Part shown: piece after piece, positions 9,538-20,878 of the stretch
How the letters are laid out: each line of letters opens with the position of its first letter
Position numbering within the stretch: position 1 is the first letter of the stretch
Virus record (IMG/VR): IMGVR_UViG_2910649936_000002
Coordinates: 2,713 to 66,712 of that record
Length of the DNA: 64,000 bases
Direction: 5' to 3' (one strand)
Source of the DNA: a virus
Taxonomy: Duplodnaviria > Heunggongvirae > Uroviricota > Caudoviricetes
Made by a program: the position numbers and the translations under genes
Notes under the pieces: generated by a model
What the model saw: the letters and a program-made list of their open reading frames with translations, nothing else
Told to the model about the DNA's origin: nothing
Databases searched by the model: none

Positions 9538-12500
9538 TCATACTTGATTCTCCTTAATTGAATCTGGCAAAGACATCCACGTTTGTCTTGAAGTATTATG
9601 ATTTGTACGAATACATCTCATGAACGCTTGTGGCTCAGCTAGTAAAAGACATCTTGTCTTTGCCCGTGTTAATAATGTATATAACATACAGTTGTCTAAA
9701 AGCGTATAATGTTGTTTATCAATAATACCTATTACTGTTCTAAAGCCCGATCCTTGGCAATTCCATGCGCTAAATCCATTTTGTACAAATTGATGTGTTT
9801 TTGGCATTTCAATACAATATGTTTGTGCTATTGTAGTGTGTATATCTTTAACCTTTTGGATACTTGTATTATGATATAAATAGTCTAAATATTTTACATC
9901 GTTATTGTAAATATTATTTTCATTACAGAATTGCAAGAATAATTTTAAAGATGCGTAACTAATATTTCTTCTGTCTTTTCGCATTATTTTATATGAGATT
10001 TTATTTCTTGGAATGTTATAATCTTTAACAATTTTTTCTATTATATTTTTGATGTATGGGATAGCATAATTACTAGAAGTCTTTCCAGTTTGTTCGTAAT
10101 ATTTATAGGATTTTTTCTCTTTCTCGTTGCTAATAAATCCAATTGTTTTTATAAATTTATCGCAATCAGTACCATATAAAAAGAGGTTATAACTTATTGC
10201 ATTTGTTCCATTTGGACAACAAGTGCTACGTTTCAATTTGGTTGATATAATTCCCATATTTAATAACAACATTTGTATTTGATTAACCAATTTCTCACAT
10301 GCAGACGTAAACGATATATGTTCGAATTTATTATTTTTCACACACACACTTCCGTCTTCAAACACTCCACGCAAAAATTCAATTTGAATCTCTTTTGGTG
10401 CTGACATTATTACATGTGGTACAAATTTATTGTTTGGTTGTATCCCGTCAATGTTTTCGCAAAAAGCCTTAATGTGTTTTGATGAAATTTCACTTAGATA
10501 CATTCCTCCCATTGTACCACCAGGAAGTACATTGCGTGGTTCCTTCGCTTTATACCCAAATATTTGATATATTACATTATTAAAATCCAGAACTACGTTT
10601 TTATGGTTTTTTCCGTATTTAATTCCGTGGTTTGACACTACTCCATCTGCAACCATATAACCTAAAAACCTAGCAAATTCTTTTGTTAAATACGTTGGGA
10701 TTTCATAAATTGAAGTTCTAATATCAAGCGTACTTAAATCAACCTTCCAATTATCTGGTAATGATATCTTATCTCCGTATATATTAGAATTTTTTATAAT
10801 CACAACATAATCATCATTAGTGATATCTTTAGCATATTTAGGAATAATATATCCGTCCTTACCTAAGACATTTATTTTATGGTCTGGAGTCGCCGTTAGT
10901 GAATACCCACGTTGAGAAGAAATAATAAGACACTCTGATATACCGGCATTATAAAATGCTTTTGGTTTTTCTAACTCATATCCATTATAAACATATGGAA
11001 CATCATCATTTAATATTTTTGATTCATATTTACCTGCATTATTATTCAGTTCATTTAATTCTATGATACCATTTGTGCTAAATAACATTGTGTCTTCTGT
11101 AACGCACTTATGGCATGTCATAGCATATGCTAGTTCAATTTCAGAAAGTTCATTCATCTTATATTCGACTATCTTCTTTCTGTCAAATGATACGGCTAAA
11201 TCATTATACTCAACTTCACAATACTTCACTTTTTTCTTTTCTTCATTTTTTTCTCCAATATACGTTATATAACCTATTTCTCCATTAAAAATATTTTTTT
11301 CATAGTTGTTAGTTATCTGCATAACTTTTGCTCCAAGTTTAAAAACTGTTTCTCCATATGAGATAAATTTAGACTCACTGCCTAATAATTTTTCTTGAAT
11401 AATTTTATTTAATTCTATGGAACTATTTATACAATTCTGTTTTCTTGGAGTAATAATGACGACCTCTCCTATATCTTCTGTTTCAATAGATTTTAAAAAA
11501 GTTTGAATTGCAATATTCTGTAATGCTTCTCTATTGTCTCGGAACATATAGTACATATCTTTTAATTTTCCACGTATAATTTTTAATGAAGGTTCACTCA
11601 AAGGACTGATACCGTCTCTTATGAGATTTGCATCAGATAAAATACCTGATAATTCTGCCTGTCGCATTGGTTTGGTAAGTTGATAAGAATTGAATTCAGA
11701 TCTGTGTATAATGTCAGAAAATACATTGCCATATCCAATTGGTGGTAGTTGCATATGATCTCCACATATAATTATTCTGGTTGTATCATTAACAGCCTCC
11801 AATAAAGAAAGAAACAATCCTGCGTTAATCATACTTCCTTCGTCAATAAGCAGAACATCTGTAGGCAATGGATTTTGGAAATTATATGTGAATTCATTTA
11901 GCCCCTGTGAACCAAGTAAGCGATGAATCGTGGATGAAGCAAATCCTGTTGCTTCTGTAATTCTCTGCGCTGCCTTTGCTGATAAGGCACAAGTAGAAAT
12001 TCTATAATTAAACCCTTGATAGACTTTGAGGATGCCTCTTGATATTGAACTTTTCCCTGTCCCAGCTTTTCCTGAAATTATAATGAGGTTGGATTGTATT
12101 GACTGTGTAATAACATTTTTTTGTTCTTCGGTATATTGAAACCCCTGTTCTTTCTCAGCTTCTTTGATATATTCATCAACTTTATTATCATCTTCTATCA
12201 CAACTATATGATTATCCAAGTTTTGCTTTGATACTAGGATATTAAATATTTTTTCTTCAATATGTCTATATTCTTTTGATCCAACTTTATCTTCTTCTAT
12301 ATATAAGAAAGTATTATGTTCTAACAAATCATCTAATAAATTGTAACACTCTGGAATTGTATCACTAATAGCATTTTTTAAATTATTTATATACACCCAT
12401 GTATGTCCACCGCTCTCTCCGCACTCTTTTAAGTAAAACATAATAAAGGCAGTCAACCGATGGTTCGACACCCGTAAATCTGGTTTGATTTTTAATGCCA

Positions 12501-13164
12501 TATCATCAATTCTTTTAAATCCAAGACCTTTGATTGCTTTAACCATGATATAAGGATTTTCTTTTAACTTTTGTTTAAGCAATGATGGATTTGGTTCTGC
12601 GTCAAGAAGTCTTTTAATCATATTGAAGGTCACACCCATTGGTTGCAATAGAGTAATAATGTCCGAAATGATATAATTTTTTATAATAGACTCTCTGATT
12701 TTATCCCAAGTTTTTTTCCCAACCCCACGAATTTTATCATACTCTAAATCTATCAGCCCACCATTCATAACATCTTCAATCACATTGGGATATTCGTATA
12801 AGATATTATCAGCGATGGATTCAGAAGATACTAATGATTTTAAAAATAGTTTCTGTTCTTCTTGAGATTGCGGTATTATCGCGATAATGGATATGGGTAC
12901 ATATTGATATTGATGGAATTTTTCATTATACTCACATCTCGCTTTTACGAGATATTCCGAACCTACATATAACTGTTGCATTTTACCAGCTATTGTACTC
13001 ATTTTTTGCGTAACCGCTTTATCGTCAAGTGGATCTTTATATTCTAAGTATTCTGGGATCTTATCTTTTGTAGTAAAATTAAATACACCCCAAGAAGTGT
13101 CTTCGTTGTAATATCGCTCACTCACAGGAACCATTTTAAATTCTAATATTTCCATATTATCCAT
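9538..13164 (-). CDS. RecD/Dda-like SF1 DNA helicase, interrupted by a LAGLIDADG intein
   Basis: HhH (GVGKKTWDKI). Walker A GKAGTGKSS. Motif II LLIDEGSM. Motif III CGDHMQLPPIG. Motif VI (AMTCHK|...|CQGSGF) is split by a 449-aa insertion. Confidence 0.8.
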   Translation of the reverse strand: MDNMEILEFKMVPVSERYYNEDTSWGVFNFTTKDKIPEYLEYKDPLDDKAVTQKMSTIAGKMQQLYVGSEYLVKARCEYNEKFHQYQYVPISIIAIIPQSQEEQKLFLKSLVSSESIADNILYEYPNVIEDVMNGGLIDLEYDKIRGVGKKTWDKIRESIIKNYIISDIITLLQPMGVTFNMIKRLLDAEPNPSLLKQKLKENPYIMVKAIKGLGFKRIDDMALKIKPDLRVSNHRLTAFIMFYLKECGESGGHTWVYINNLKNAISDTIPECYNLLDDLLEHNTFLYIEEDKVGSKEYRHIEEKIFNILVSKQNLDNHIVVIEDDNKVDEYIKEAEKEQGFQYTEEQKNVITQSIQSNLIIISGKAGTGKSSISRGILKVYQGFNYRISTCALSAKAAQRITEATGFASSTIHRLLGSQGLNEFTYNFQNPLPTDVLLIDEGSMINAGLFLSLLEAVNDTTRIIICGDHMQLPPIGYGNVFSDIIHRSEFNSYQLTKPMRQAELSGILSDANLIRDGISPLSEPSLKIIRGKLKDMYYMFRDNREALQNIAIQTFLKSIETEDIGEVVIITPRKQNCINSSIELNKIIQEKLLGSESKFISYGETVFKLGAKVMQITNNYEKNIFNGEIGYITYIGEKNEEKKKVKYCEVEYNDLAVSFDRKKIVEYKMNELSEIELAYAMTCHKCVTEDTMLFSTNGIIELNELNNNAGKYESKILNDDVPYVYNGYELEKPKAFYNAGISECLIISSQRGYSLTATPDHKINVLGKDGYIIPKYAKDITNDDYVVIIKNSNIYGDKISLPDNWKVDLSTLDIRTSIYEIPTYLTKEFARFLGYMVADGVVSNHGIKYGKNHKNVVLDFNNVIYQIFGYKAKEPRNVLPGGTMGGMYLSEISSKHIKAFCENIDGIQPNNKFVPHVIMSAPKEIQIEFLRGVFEDGSVCVKNNKFEHISFTSACEKLVNQIQMLLLNMGIISTKLKRSTCCPNGTNAISYNLFLYGTDCDKFIKTIGFISNEKEKKSYKYYEQTGKTSSNYAIPYIKNIIEKIVKDYNIPRNKISYKIMRKDRRNISYASLKLFLQFCNENNIYNNDVKYLDYLYHNTSIQKVKDIHTTIAQTYCIEMPKTHQFVQNGFSAWNCQGSGFRTVIGIIDKQHYTLLDNCMLYTLLTRAKTRCLLLAEPQAFMRCIRTNHNTSRQTWMSLPDSIKENQV
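9760..11106 (-). mobile_element. Intein with LAGLIDADG endonuclease inside helicase motif VI
   Basis: Starts CVTEDTMLFSTNG and ends FSAWN with +1 Cys. LAGLIDADG motifs FLGYMVADGVV and FLRGVFEDGSV. Removing it restores the helicase HK(S/C)QGS motif. Confidence 0.7.
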
Positions 13165-16100
13165 GTATCACTTTCACCGCCTTTCTTTTTTTAATTTCAT
13201 TTAACCATGTGTAGTATGATTTCATCTCTTTGACGATTACTTTATCGTCTGAATCTTTCTGGCAATATATTGCTACTTGATTTCCTTTTGCAATCAAATC
13301 TTCGTATTCCTTTAATTTACTGTGCCATACGATTCCTTCTGTTAATCCAAATGACGAATAAATATTAATGTATGCAAATGTCTTTCCATGACGGTCTTTT
13401 TTCTTTTGTACTTTTGCAATGATTCCTACAATTGTGCATAACTCTCCTTCTTCCACATCCTCAAATGCTCTAGAAAGATACCGATATGCGTCACAGAATG
13501 GATTGTCATTGATAAAAATTTGCAGTGCTTCAAATTCCCAAAATTCTTCATTTTCAAGATATTTATTATTTTCTCGGATATATTTTTGAAATCGCTCTGA
13601 TTGCTGTTTATCAAAGGCTTCTTGTCTCTTTCGATTGTATACTTCTAAGATTTTTTCTTTATCGTAATCATATTTTTTTAGACCAATTCGATATTTTTCT
13701 GGATCAATATCCCACTCCGCAATCAATGTCGCATATGAAGGTGCTTTTGCTACGGATTTAAATTTCAGTGGTTTATATAGGCTTTTCAAATATCGGATTA
13801 AACATATTTTTTTATCCTTTGTGGGTATTGCTCCAGCTTTAATCAAAGAAATAACTTGTGCTTTTGTAACACCTGTACGTTCGATAAAATCTTGTAATCC
13901 CATATATGCGCCATTTATATTTCGTTCGCTAATAATTGCATTTGCAACATTTTCTCCAATGCCACTGATAGCAGATAATCCAAACAATATTTTATTATTG
14001 CTAATCGAAAAATTCATTTCTGACTTATTAATATTAGGTGGTGTCACATTAATACCAAAGTCCTTCGCATCAATAATATATTTATTAATCATACCTGCCT
14101 TATCTTTGTTCAGGTTAAATAATGCTTTAAAAAAATAGATTGTATAATAAGTTTTTAGATATGCCGTTTGGAAACAAACTACAGCGTAAGAATAGCTATG
14201 GGATTTATTAAAACAATACCCACCCTTAGCAGACATTTCATCACTAATTATTTTTGCTAATTCTGCACTATATCCTGTATCTATGATCTCTTGATATAAC
14301 TTTTCCGATTCCTTCTTGACTAATTCAATATTCTTTTTCCCGATCGCCTTACGATAAAGATCCGCACCGCCATACGTTCTACCACCAAATTTGCGTACAA
14401 TATCTAATATTTCTTCCTGATATATCAACTGACCGTATGTATCTTTTAATATACTTTCCATATCTGGATGAATATAATGCACTTTCTCTGGGTTATGTTT
14501 GCATTCAATATATTCATCTAATGCTCCCATTGAATCTGGTCTATATAAAGCTAATACTGCGGATAAATCTTCCATATTCGACGCCTGAAGTCTTATTAAC
14601 AAATCTTTCATTCCAGCACTTTCTACTTGGAAGACTCCATTAGTCAATCCTTTGTTCAAAATAATATATGGCTTAGTATCATTGTAAAAACGAGGATTAT
14701 TGATATTAATCTCATATGGATCTATTCCAGTATCATTTATGATTTCCTGTATCATTGTTAGTGTTTGAACACCCAATAAATCAAATTTAATAATCCCTAT
14801 TTCTTCCACAATGCGCTTGTCAACTTGAATAACATGTTCACCCTTCTCTCCTAATTTCATCGGCATATAATCGTTAATATCTGTATCCACAATACCAACA
14901 CCTCCAGCGTGACATGATACGGTTTTAACTCGTCCACTCAAATGTAATGCTATATCAAATAATTCTTGGTATTGTGGGTTATTATTGACAAGCTCTTTAT
15001 TATTATCAAGACATTCTTCAAATGTATCATAGGTAAATTTTTTACTCAGTTTGTCCATTTCTTTATATTGGAATCCAAGTATTTTACCTACATCTTTGAT
15101 TGCGACAACAGGGGTAATAAAAGAGAAATTAATAATTTGGCATACATTACTTTCACCATATTTACGGGTTAAATAATCTATGACAAGCCCTCTGTCAGAG
15201 AAATCCACATCAATATCCGGCATTGATACTCTTTCAGGATTTAAGAATCGCTCGAAAATTAATCCATACTTGATTGGATCAAGCTCAGAAATTTTTAGAG
15301 TATAACATACCATACTGCCTGCTGCCGAACCACGACCAGGTCCCACAGCAATTCCATTATCCTTTGCATAATTTATGAAATCCCATACAATAAGAAAGTA
15401 TCCGTCAAATCCCATTTGATGAATTATGCCTAACTCATACTCTATACGTTGTTTATATTTTTCCTGTACTTCTTTATTAAGCTTATCTAATCCACGATAT
15501 TTCCACCCTTCCGCTACCAAATATTTTAAGTAGTCATAATTATTGTCAAAGCCTTTTGGAAGAGGGAACGTAGGTAGTTGCGGAGACTGAAATGGCATTT
15601 TTACGTCGGCAATTAAGTCAGCAATTTCATCCGTCCTTAACAACCCAACATTAACTGCTTCTTGTCCAATTTGGCCATCCATTATTTCATGAATTTCTTC
15701 ATCGCTTTGGATACAACATCCTTCGTATACTTCACTTGCAGTTTCGCTATCATGAGCAATCTGCACATACCGGCTCTGATATTTTAGATCTTCTTTGGTA
15801 GCGGCATGACTATCACATGTGATAATATATGGGGTATTTGTTATCTGTGAAAGCTTTAATATTTTTTGATTATATTCTGCTTGTTCTGGGTGATTATGCG
15901 ACTGCATTTCAAGATAGAAATAAGGGAAAATAGATTTGTATTCGTTGATATACTGAATGCATTTGTCAATATCTGGTTCTTTTGCTAACTTTGACGCTAA
16001 ACATGCTGAAGAAACAACTAAGTCTTTTCCATATGGTTTCATTGCCTCCAAGTCAATTCGTGGTTTATAGTAGAAACCTTCAAAATTACTTTTTGTAATC

Positions 16101-16402
16101 AGTTTATTAATGGCTTTTCTGCCATTCTCATTTCTTGCTAATACAATGAGGTGAAAATATTTACTATCTTTGTCTTGGACATGCATATCAAAACATTCAT
16201 AAAATTCTACCCCATAAATAATTTTAACATCAGGATATTTTTGCTTTAATTTATCATAATAACAGGCGCTATAAAGATTTCCATGCTCCGTAACAGCTAA
16301 TGCTTTTAATCCCAATTCACTTGCACGTTTTAAATTTTCTTCGGGTGTAGCATATCCATCTAAAAGACTATACATACTATGTGTGTGTAATGCACTGCTC
16401 AA
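13157..16402 (-). CDS. DNA polymerase III alpha subunit (DnaE-type) with N-terminal PHP domain
   Basis: PHP motif LHTHSMYSLLDG. Length 1081 aa. Polymerase core blocks (GPGRGSAAGS, HH hairpins). Its stop overlaps the helicase start (CATGGATAA). Confidence 0.85.
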   Translation of the reverse strand: MSSALHTHSMYSLLDGYATPEENLKRASELGLKALAVTEHGNLYSACYYDKLKQKYPDVKIIYGVEFYECFDMHVQDKDSKYFHLIVLARNENGRKAINKLITKSNFEGFYYKPRIDLEAMKPYGKDLVVSSACLASKLAKEPDIDKCIQYINEYKSIFPYFYLEMQSHNHPEQAEYNQKILKLSQITNTPYIITCDSHAATKEDLKYQSRYVQIAHDSETASEVYEGCCIQSDEEIHEIMDGQIGQEAVNVGLLRTDEIADLIADVKMPFQSPQLPTFPLPKGFDNNYDYLKYLVAEGWKYRGLDKLNKEVQEKYKQRIEYELGIIHQMGFDGYFLIVWDFINYAKDNGIAVGPGRGSAAGSMVCYTLKISELDPIKYGLIFERFLNPERVSMPDIDVDFSDRGLVIDYLTRKYGESNVCQIINFSFITPVVAIKDVGKILGFQYKEMDKLSKKFTYDTFEECLDNNKELVNNNPQYQELFDIALHLSGRVKTVSCHAGGVGIVDTDINDYMPMKLGEKGEHVIQVDKRIVEEIGIIKFDLLGVQTLTMIQEIINDTGIDPYEININNPRFYNDTKPYIILNKGLTNGVFQVESAGMKDLLIRLQASNMEDLSAVLALYRPDSMGALDEYIECKHNPEKVHYIHPDMESILKDTYGQLIYQEEILDIVRKFGGRTYGGADLYRKAIGKKNIELVKKESEKLYQEIIDTGYSAELAKIISDEMSAKGGYCFNKSHSYSYAVVCFQTAYLKTYYTIYFFKALFNLNKDKAGMINKYIIDAKDFGINVTPPNINKSEMNFSISNNKILFGLSAISGIGENVANAIISERNINGAYMGLQDFIERTGVTKAQVISLIKAGAIPTKDKKICLIRYLKSLYKPLKFKSVAKAPSYATLIAEWDIDPEKYRIGLKKYDYDKEKILEVYNRKRQEAFDKQQSERFQKYIRENNKYLENEEFWEFEALQIFINDNPFCDAYRYLSRAFEDVEEGELCTIVGIIAKVQKKKDRHGKTFAYINIYSSFGLTEGIVWHSKLKEYEDLIAKGNQVAIYCQKDSDDKVIVKEMKSYYTWLNEIKKRKAVKVIHG

Positions 16403-16427
16403 ATATCAATCATCCCCCTTCACTGTT

Positions 16428-18137
16428 CTACCATGCCATCTCTTCATTATCCGAATTAATTGTACTATTCCATATATCATCAGAATCATTCATACAATGT
16501 GTAGTGTTAATAATATTCGTAGATTCGATAATCACTTGCATAGTGCGTATTCCATTAAATATATTTATACCCGGTTTACCTACTAACTCAATTTCAATTT
16601 TTTCCTCATCATTCCAACAATCTTTTATCCAACTGAGAACTGGATCTTCGTCTTTACACTTGAATTTGACATATTCAATATCATTATACGTAAATTTATA
16701 TGTATCACTATTTTTTCCTAACAATTGAAAATCATCTTTGCAAAGTGTAACGTTAGATACTGCTATAATGGGATTCTCAATTCCTTGACCAATGAAATCC
16801 TGAAAACCAGCAAGTATTGAAATGAATTCTGGATTTATATTCTCAATATCATCTATAATATAATCGCATGTATATGTAGCATCATATTCAACATCTTGGA
16901 GTAATTCATTAAGTTTTTTAATAAACTCGTCTTTTTGTTCAAATTGTAAATCTACTAATCCGGCTGCATTATCATGCCCCTGTAATGTAGCAATTCCGGT
17001 TTGATTCACTACATCTTTTAAACTTTCTATAGGGCTATGATTAATATTTCTTGCACTACCACCATAAATAACTTTATTGTTATCATCAACGTGTTTTTGC
17101 AGAAGGATGCATGGACGATTCATAATATCTGCCACTTTCATTGCAACAACACCTGTTAGTGATGTATCCACAATATTAGAGGCATCGCACACTACAATTT
17201 TATTATCTTTGTCGTATGTTCTAAGACATTCCATAATCTCTGATGTACTCTTTTCTCTTGCTTTATCCTGTCTGGATTTTGCATTTTTGCATAATCTGGC
17301 AGCCCTGTCATAAATGCTCTCTTGAATTACTTCGGCAGGCTTGTCCTTTGTTGCTCGTTTTTTATATTCGAAACTCTCATCCGTTTCTATAAATGCACGA
17401 AATAATAACTCCTTTTCTTCGCTTGAGCCAAATCGTATACACCCATTAATAACACTGGTAATGTACCATTGAATATTATGAATATTAATATGATTGTTCA
17501 TGCTATAACTCTGAGCGTCAATTAATGCTTGAAAACATTTATTTTTAATATGATGTAATCCTTGTATGGCTATATATCGTGTTTCAAATGATCGCATATC
17601 CATCACATCACTAATATTTGCTAGTGCACACAAATCAATATAATCTTCAGCATAGTCATTCCAATAATAATCATCTAACGCCTGGAGAAATTTATAAACC
17701 ACTCCTGCTCCACATAAGTTTTTATTACTATAATCATCACTTATTTGATTATTCACTAAAACAGCATACTCATGTTTTTCTTTTGTATCTTCTTGCTGAT
17801 GATGATCAAGAATAATAATGTCCGTATTATATTTTTCATGAAGTTCGTTGCATTGTTTACAATCATTTGTGGAAGCATCCGGAATAATTAAAAGTTTAAT
17901 ATCTTCTGGAATTACTACATCACTAGATAATCCATGTGCTTTTGCTCTATCGTGCATAATATATTTTACAGGATAATCTTCTTTCATGTCTTGAATATAG
18001 GAATACATCATTGCCGCCGATGTAAAACCGTCCACATCCTCATCAATTAAAATCCCGATTTTATTCCGATTTTCAAAATGCTTTGCAAACATTTGTACTG
18101 CTTTTTCTATATTTTTTAGTTTCTTATATGGTATCAA
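16428..18137 (-). CDS. RecJ-like DHH-family single-strand exonuclease
   Basis: DHH motifs DVDGFTSAAMM, IILDHHQ, GGGH-type (GHDNAAG). Confidence 0.7.
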   Translation of the reverse strand: MIPYKKLKNIEKAVQMFAKHFENRNKIGILIDEDVDGFTSAAMMYSYIQDMKEDYPVKYIMHDRAKAHGLSSDVVIPEDIKLLIIPDASTNDCKQCNELHEKYNTDIIILDHHQQEDTKEKHEYAVLVNNQISDDYSNKNLCGAGVVYKFLQALDDYYWNDYAEDYIDLCALANISDVMDMRSFETRYIAIQGLHHIKNKCFQALIDAQSYSMNNHINIHNIQWYITSVINGCIRFGSSEEKELLFRAFIETDESFEYKKRATKDKPAEVIQESIYDRAARLCKNAKSRQDKAREKSTSEIMECLRTYDKDNKIVVCDASNIVDTSLTGVVAMKVADIMNRPCILLQKHVDDNNKVIYGGSARNINHSPIESLKDVVNQTGIATLQGHDNAAGLVDLQFEQKDEFIKKLNELLQDVEYDATYTCDYIIDDIENINPEFISILAGFQDFIGQGIENPIIAVSNVTLCKDDFQLLGKNSDTYKFTYNDIEYVKFKCKDEDPVLSWIKDCWNDEEKIEIELVGKPGINIFNGIRTMQVIIESTNIINTTHCMNDSDDIWNSTINSDNEEMAW

Positions 18138-18274
18138 ACATGTTTCATCAAGATTTTTGTATGTGATATAATCATCAATTCCTCTATTTTTAAAAAAATT
18201 TTTTTCAATGTTACCATGAATATTATTATCGCTGCTTTTTATTAATCTATATTTAATACTTCATCACTTCCTGT

Positions 18275-19303
18275 CTATTTGATTCTGTATATATTATTCT
18301 TTTTTAAATACTCCCATTTCTGCGGACTATCTGTTGGAGATTCTTTCTCATTTAAAATATTGTCAGTGTCATATACTGCATAGATCGGAATACCATCCGC
18401 AAATTTATTCGCAAGAGACGACAACTCATCTTTTGATACGTCTTTGTCTTGCACGAATACTATTTCTACGCTTAATCTGGTTAATAGTTCTATTTGTTGA
18501 ACGGATAGTTCTTTTCCACCCGTGGCACCAGCATTTTTATCTCCATAAGTCCACAATTGCATAACTCCCTTTTCTGCCTCAGTAACATAAATTCTCCCTA
18601 CACGTTTTACATAAGGCATGGATTTATTTAATCCGTAAATTACCCTGTTACGCGGGCAAGGCTCTAGGTATAAATACTTTAAATCATAATTGTTTAATTC
18701 TTTTTTAAATAATCTTCCTTTAACCCCTACTAAATCTCCAACCTCCGAAAAAATTGGGATAGTGATTCGATTTGATTCTGCGTCATATCCTATTTGAAAA
18801 TCTTGTTGAGTCTCATAGGAGATATTATCGTTATAGAAAAGGTCATTAACCCTGTTATGATAATAAGTAAGAATTTTCTCGGAGATTGGTTTTAATGATA
18901 TATCAAGTGAATTGTTATTGTCGTTTCTCTTCATTTTCAATATTAAATCTGTTATCTGTAGACTCTCTGGAATATCATCATTAAAATCATGATAATAATC
19001 TAACCCCAAAAGTTCACACAAATATTTCAATCCTTCTGGAAACGTAAATCTATTATTATAACAAACTAAATCAATTAAGTCTGTTTTTCTATCTACTTCT
19101 ACGATTTGTCTTGTATAATTTATACAAGGAAGATACTCATTATTCCGAATTACAATTGCTTGCTTGTTGTCACCATCTTTGTTTGCACATGTCCAATAGC
19201 CAGATGAATGGTAATAGATGTGATGACAGCCAATGGAAGATAATATTTCTTCCACGTGATTTTCATCATAAATATATGTCTTAAGCTGCCCCACATCCAT
19301 CAT
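18275..19303 (-). CDS. DNA primase (Toprim domain)
   Basis: Toprim signature IYVTEAEKGVM ... VFVQDKD (catalytic E and DxD). Cys/His cluster near the N-terminus. Positioned between the helicase and RecJ. Confidence 0.55.
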   Translation of the reverse strand: MMDVGQLKTYIYDENHVEEILSSIGCHHIYYHSSGYWTCANKDGDNKQAIVIRNNEYLPCINYTRQIVEVDRKTDLIDLVCYNNRFTFPEGLKYLCELLGLDYYHDFNDDIPESLQITDLILKMKRNDNNNSLDISLKPISEKILTYYHNRVNDLFYNDNISYETQQDFQIGYDAESNRITIPIFSEVGDLVGVKGRLFKKELNNYDLKYLYLEPCPRNRVIYGLNKSMPYVKRVGRIYVTEAEKGVMQLWTYGDKNAGATGGKELSVQQIELLTRLSVEIVFVQDKDVSKDELSSLANKFADGIPIYAVYDTDNILNEKESPTDSPQKWEYLKKNNIYRIK

Positions 19304-20856
19304 TAGTCACCATCCTTCGCTTTATTTCTTTTAATTAAATACCCAACTTCTTTCCAAACATTTAAGTCCAAGTCAATTTCAAACAATGGCATTCTTGCTT
19401 TATTACCACCTCTATTTTTGTCTACTTTAATTGCAAAGTATTGTCGTGCGAAATCCAAATCATGCGGCGTAGCTACTCCCCAATCTGTTTCTGCCATATA
19501 TTGATACTTATGATATTCTTCTTTGTCTATTCGCTTTCCAAGCATTAGGATATCAGCGACATGTTTAATCTGTTTCGCATTAGCAATATTGTTACTGGAT
19601 AACTGAAATACATCTGTAAATACTGTATCATCAGTTAATTGGAATACAGCAAAACAGAACATATGCATTTCTTTCATTAGCTCCTTAATCTTCGTTGCTG
19701 TTTGTTTTACTGTTTGCCAATCATCAATTCGATACCCTTTTAACGTATCATAACCGCAATAGTTTACACCATAGACCATCTTATGTTTTTTTAATTCAAA
19801 TTCTACAGCTTCATCAGAATAGTCCATGCCAACATCCTTAAAGAATAGCTTCCCATTTCTCTTTTCATCAACCCATGCAGCTACTTTCTGAACTTTTCTA
19901 TATTCCTCAGATTCTCTAGCCACTCTCGCAATAAAATCATCTTCAGATTCTATGTAGTGCCCATCTGCATCTTCACGTCGTTCAATAAAATTACCATTAT
20001 CATCTCGATACATTCCAAGAACTATCTCGCGTTCACATTTTTTAATTTCTACTCCATGATAAGGTTTGAAACAATCATTATTAATAACGGTAGTTATCAA
20101 GCAATTTCGTAAATCTGCCTCGTCCATCTCATTACTTAAGAGCAAAAATTTCTCATCTAAAACTAATACAATATATGCAATTAACATCATCATATTTCGA
20201 GATTTACCTTCATTTGACAGGAATCCATTAAATATAACTTTTCCAAGCCTACAGCCTCTGAACATTTCAGTTAAGATATCCCATGGTAATGGCAAACCCA
20301 TATCTGGCATAATCAAAAGCGATTCAACCTGTTTTGTCATTTTATCAGTAAGAATTACACTTTCTTCATTTGCATTGATAACTGTATTTATCTTATCTGC
20401 CTGTGAGCGAATAATTTTATATATATCCCTTGCAGTCCATTGATTAAAATTACGGTGATTTAAAATACGTTGTACCGGATATCCATTTTTTTCATACTCT
20501 CTAATCAAAGAATATTTTTTAACCAAGCCATAATAGTTTTTGACATCTTCAATATTAGCAAGATTCACCCATTCTGAAATAGTCTTCCATCCCTTATATT
20601 TTTTATAAATTTTAAGCCTGTCTATGTCTGATGACATAAAGATATTAACTTGGTTTTCTTCCATATTCTGTGAAAATGTCGTATACATTAACTCAAAATT
20701 ATCATAAAAAAATTTTGTTGCCTCATCTGAAAAATCATATTTGCTGCGCATGAAATTGCCATAGGAAACATATAAGTCTGGTTGCTTATAAAAACTACCT
20801 ACCAGCATAATTTCTGCTTGTATATTATTCACTGATTTTATTTCTAGTTCATTCAA
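19303..20856 (-). CDS. DnaB-like replicative DNA helicase
   Basis: N-terminal AEIMLVGSFYKQPDLYV resembles the DnaB N-terminal domain. P-loop GFLSNEGKS. Adjacent to the primase. Confidence 0.55.
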   Translation of the reverse strand: MNELEIKSVNNIQAEIMLVGSFYKQPDLYVSYGNFMRSKYDFSDEATKFFYDNFELMYTTFSQNMEENQVNIFMSSDIDRLKIYKKYKGWKTISEWVNLANIEDVKNYYGLVKKYSLIREYEKNGYPVQRILNHRNFNQWTARDIYKIIRSQADKINTVINANEESVILTDKMTKQVESLLIMPDMGLPLPWDILTEMFRGCRLGKVIFNGFLSNEGKSRNMMMLIAYIVLVLDEKFLLLSNEMDEADLRNCLITTVINNDCFKPYHGVEIKKCEREIVLGMYRDDNGNFIERREDADGHYIESEDDFIARVARESEEYRKVQKVAAWVDEKRNGKLFFKDVGMDYSDEAVEFELKKHKMVYGVNYCGYDTLKGYRIDDWQTVKQTATKIKELMKEMHMFCFAVFQLTDDTVFTDVFQLSSNNIANAKQIKHVADILMLGKRIDKEEYHKYQYMAETDWGVATPHDLDFARQYFAIKVDKNRGGNKARMPLFEIDLDLNVWKEVGYLIKRNKAKDGD

Positions 20857-20878
20857 ATACCGCCATCACCACCTACTC

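Noticed and set aside
18194-18210. A7T7 palindrome (aaaaaaatttttttc) between RecJ and primase as a regulatory hairpin
   Set aside because: An AT-only palindrome of this size is expected by chance in 27% GC DNA, and there is no flanking promoter or terminator context.
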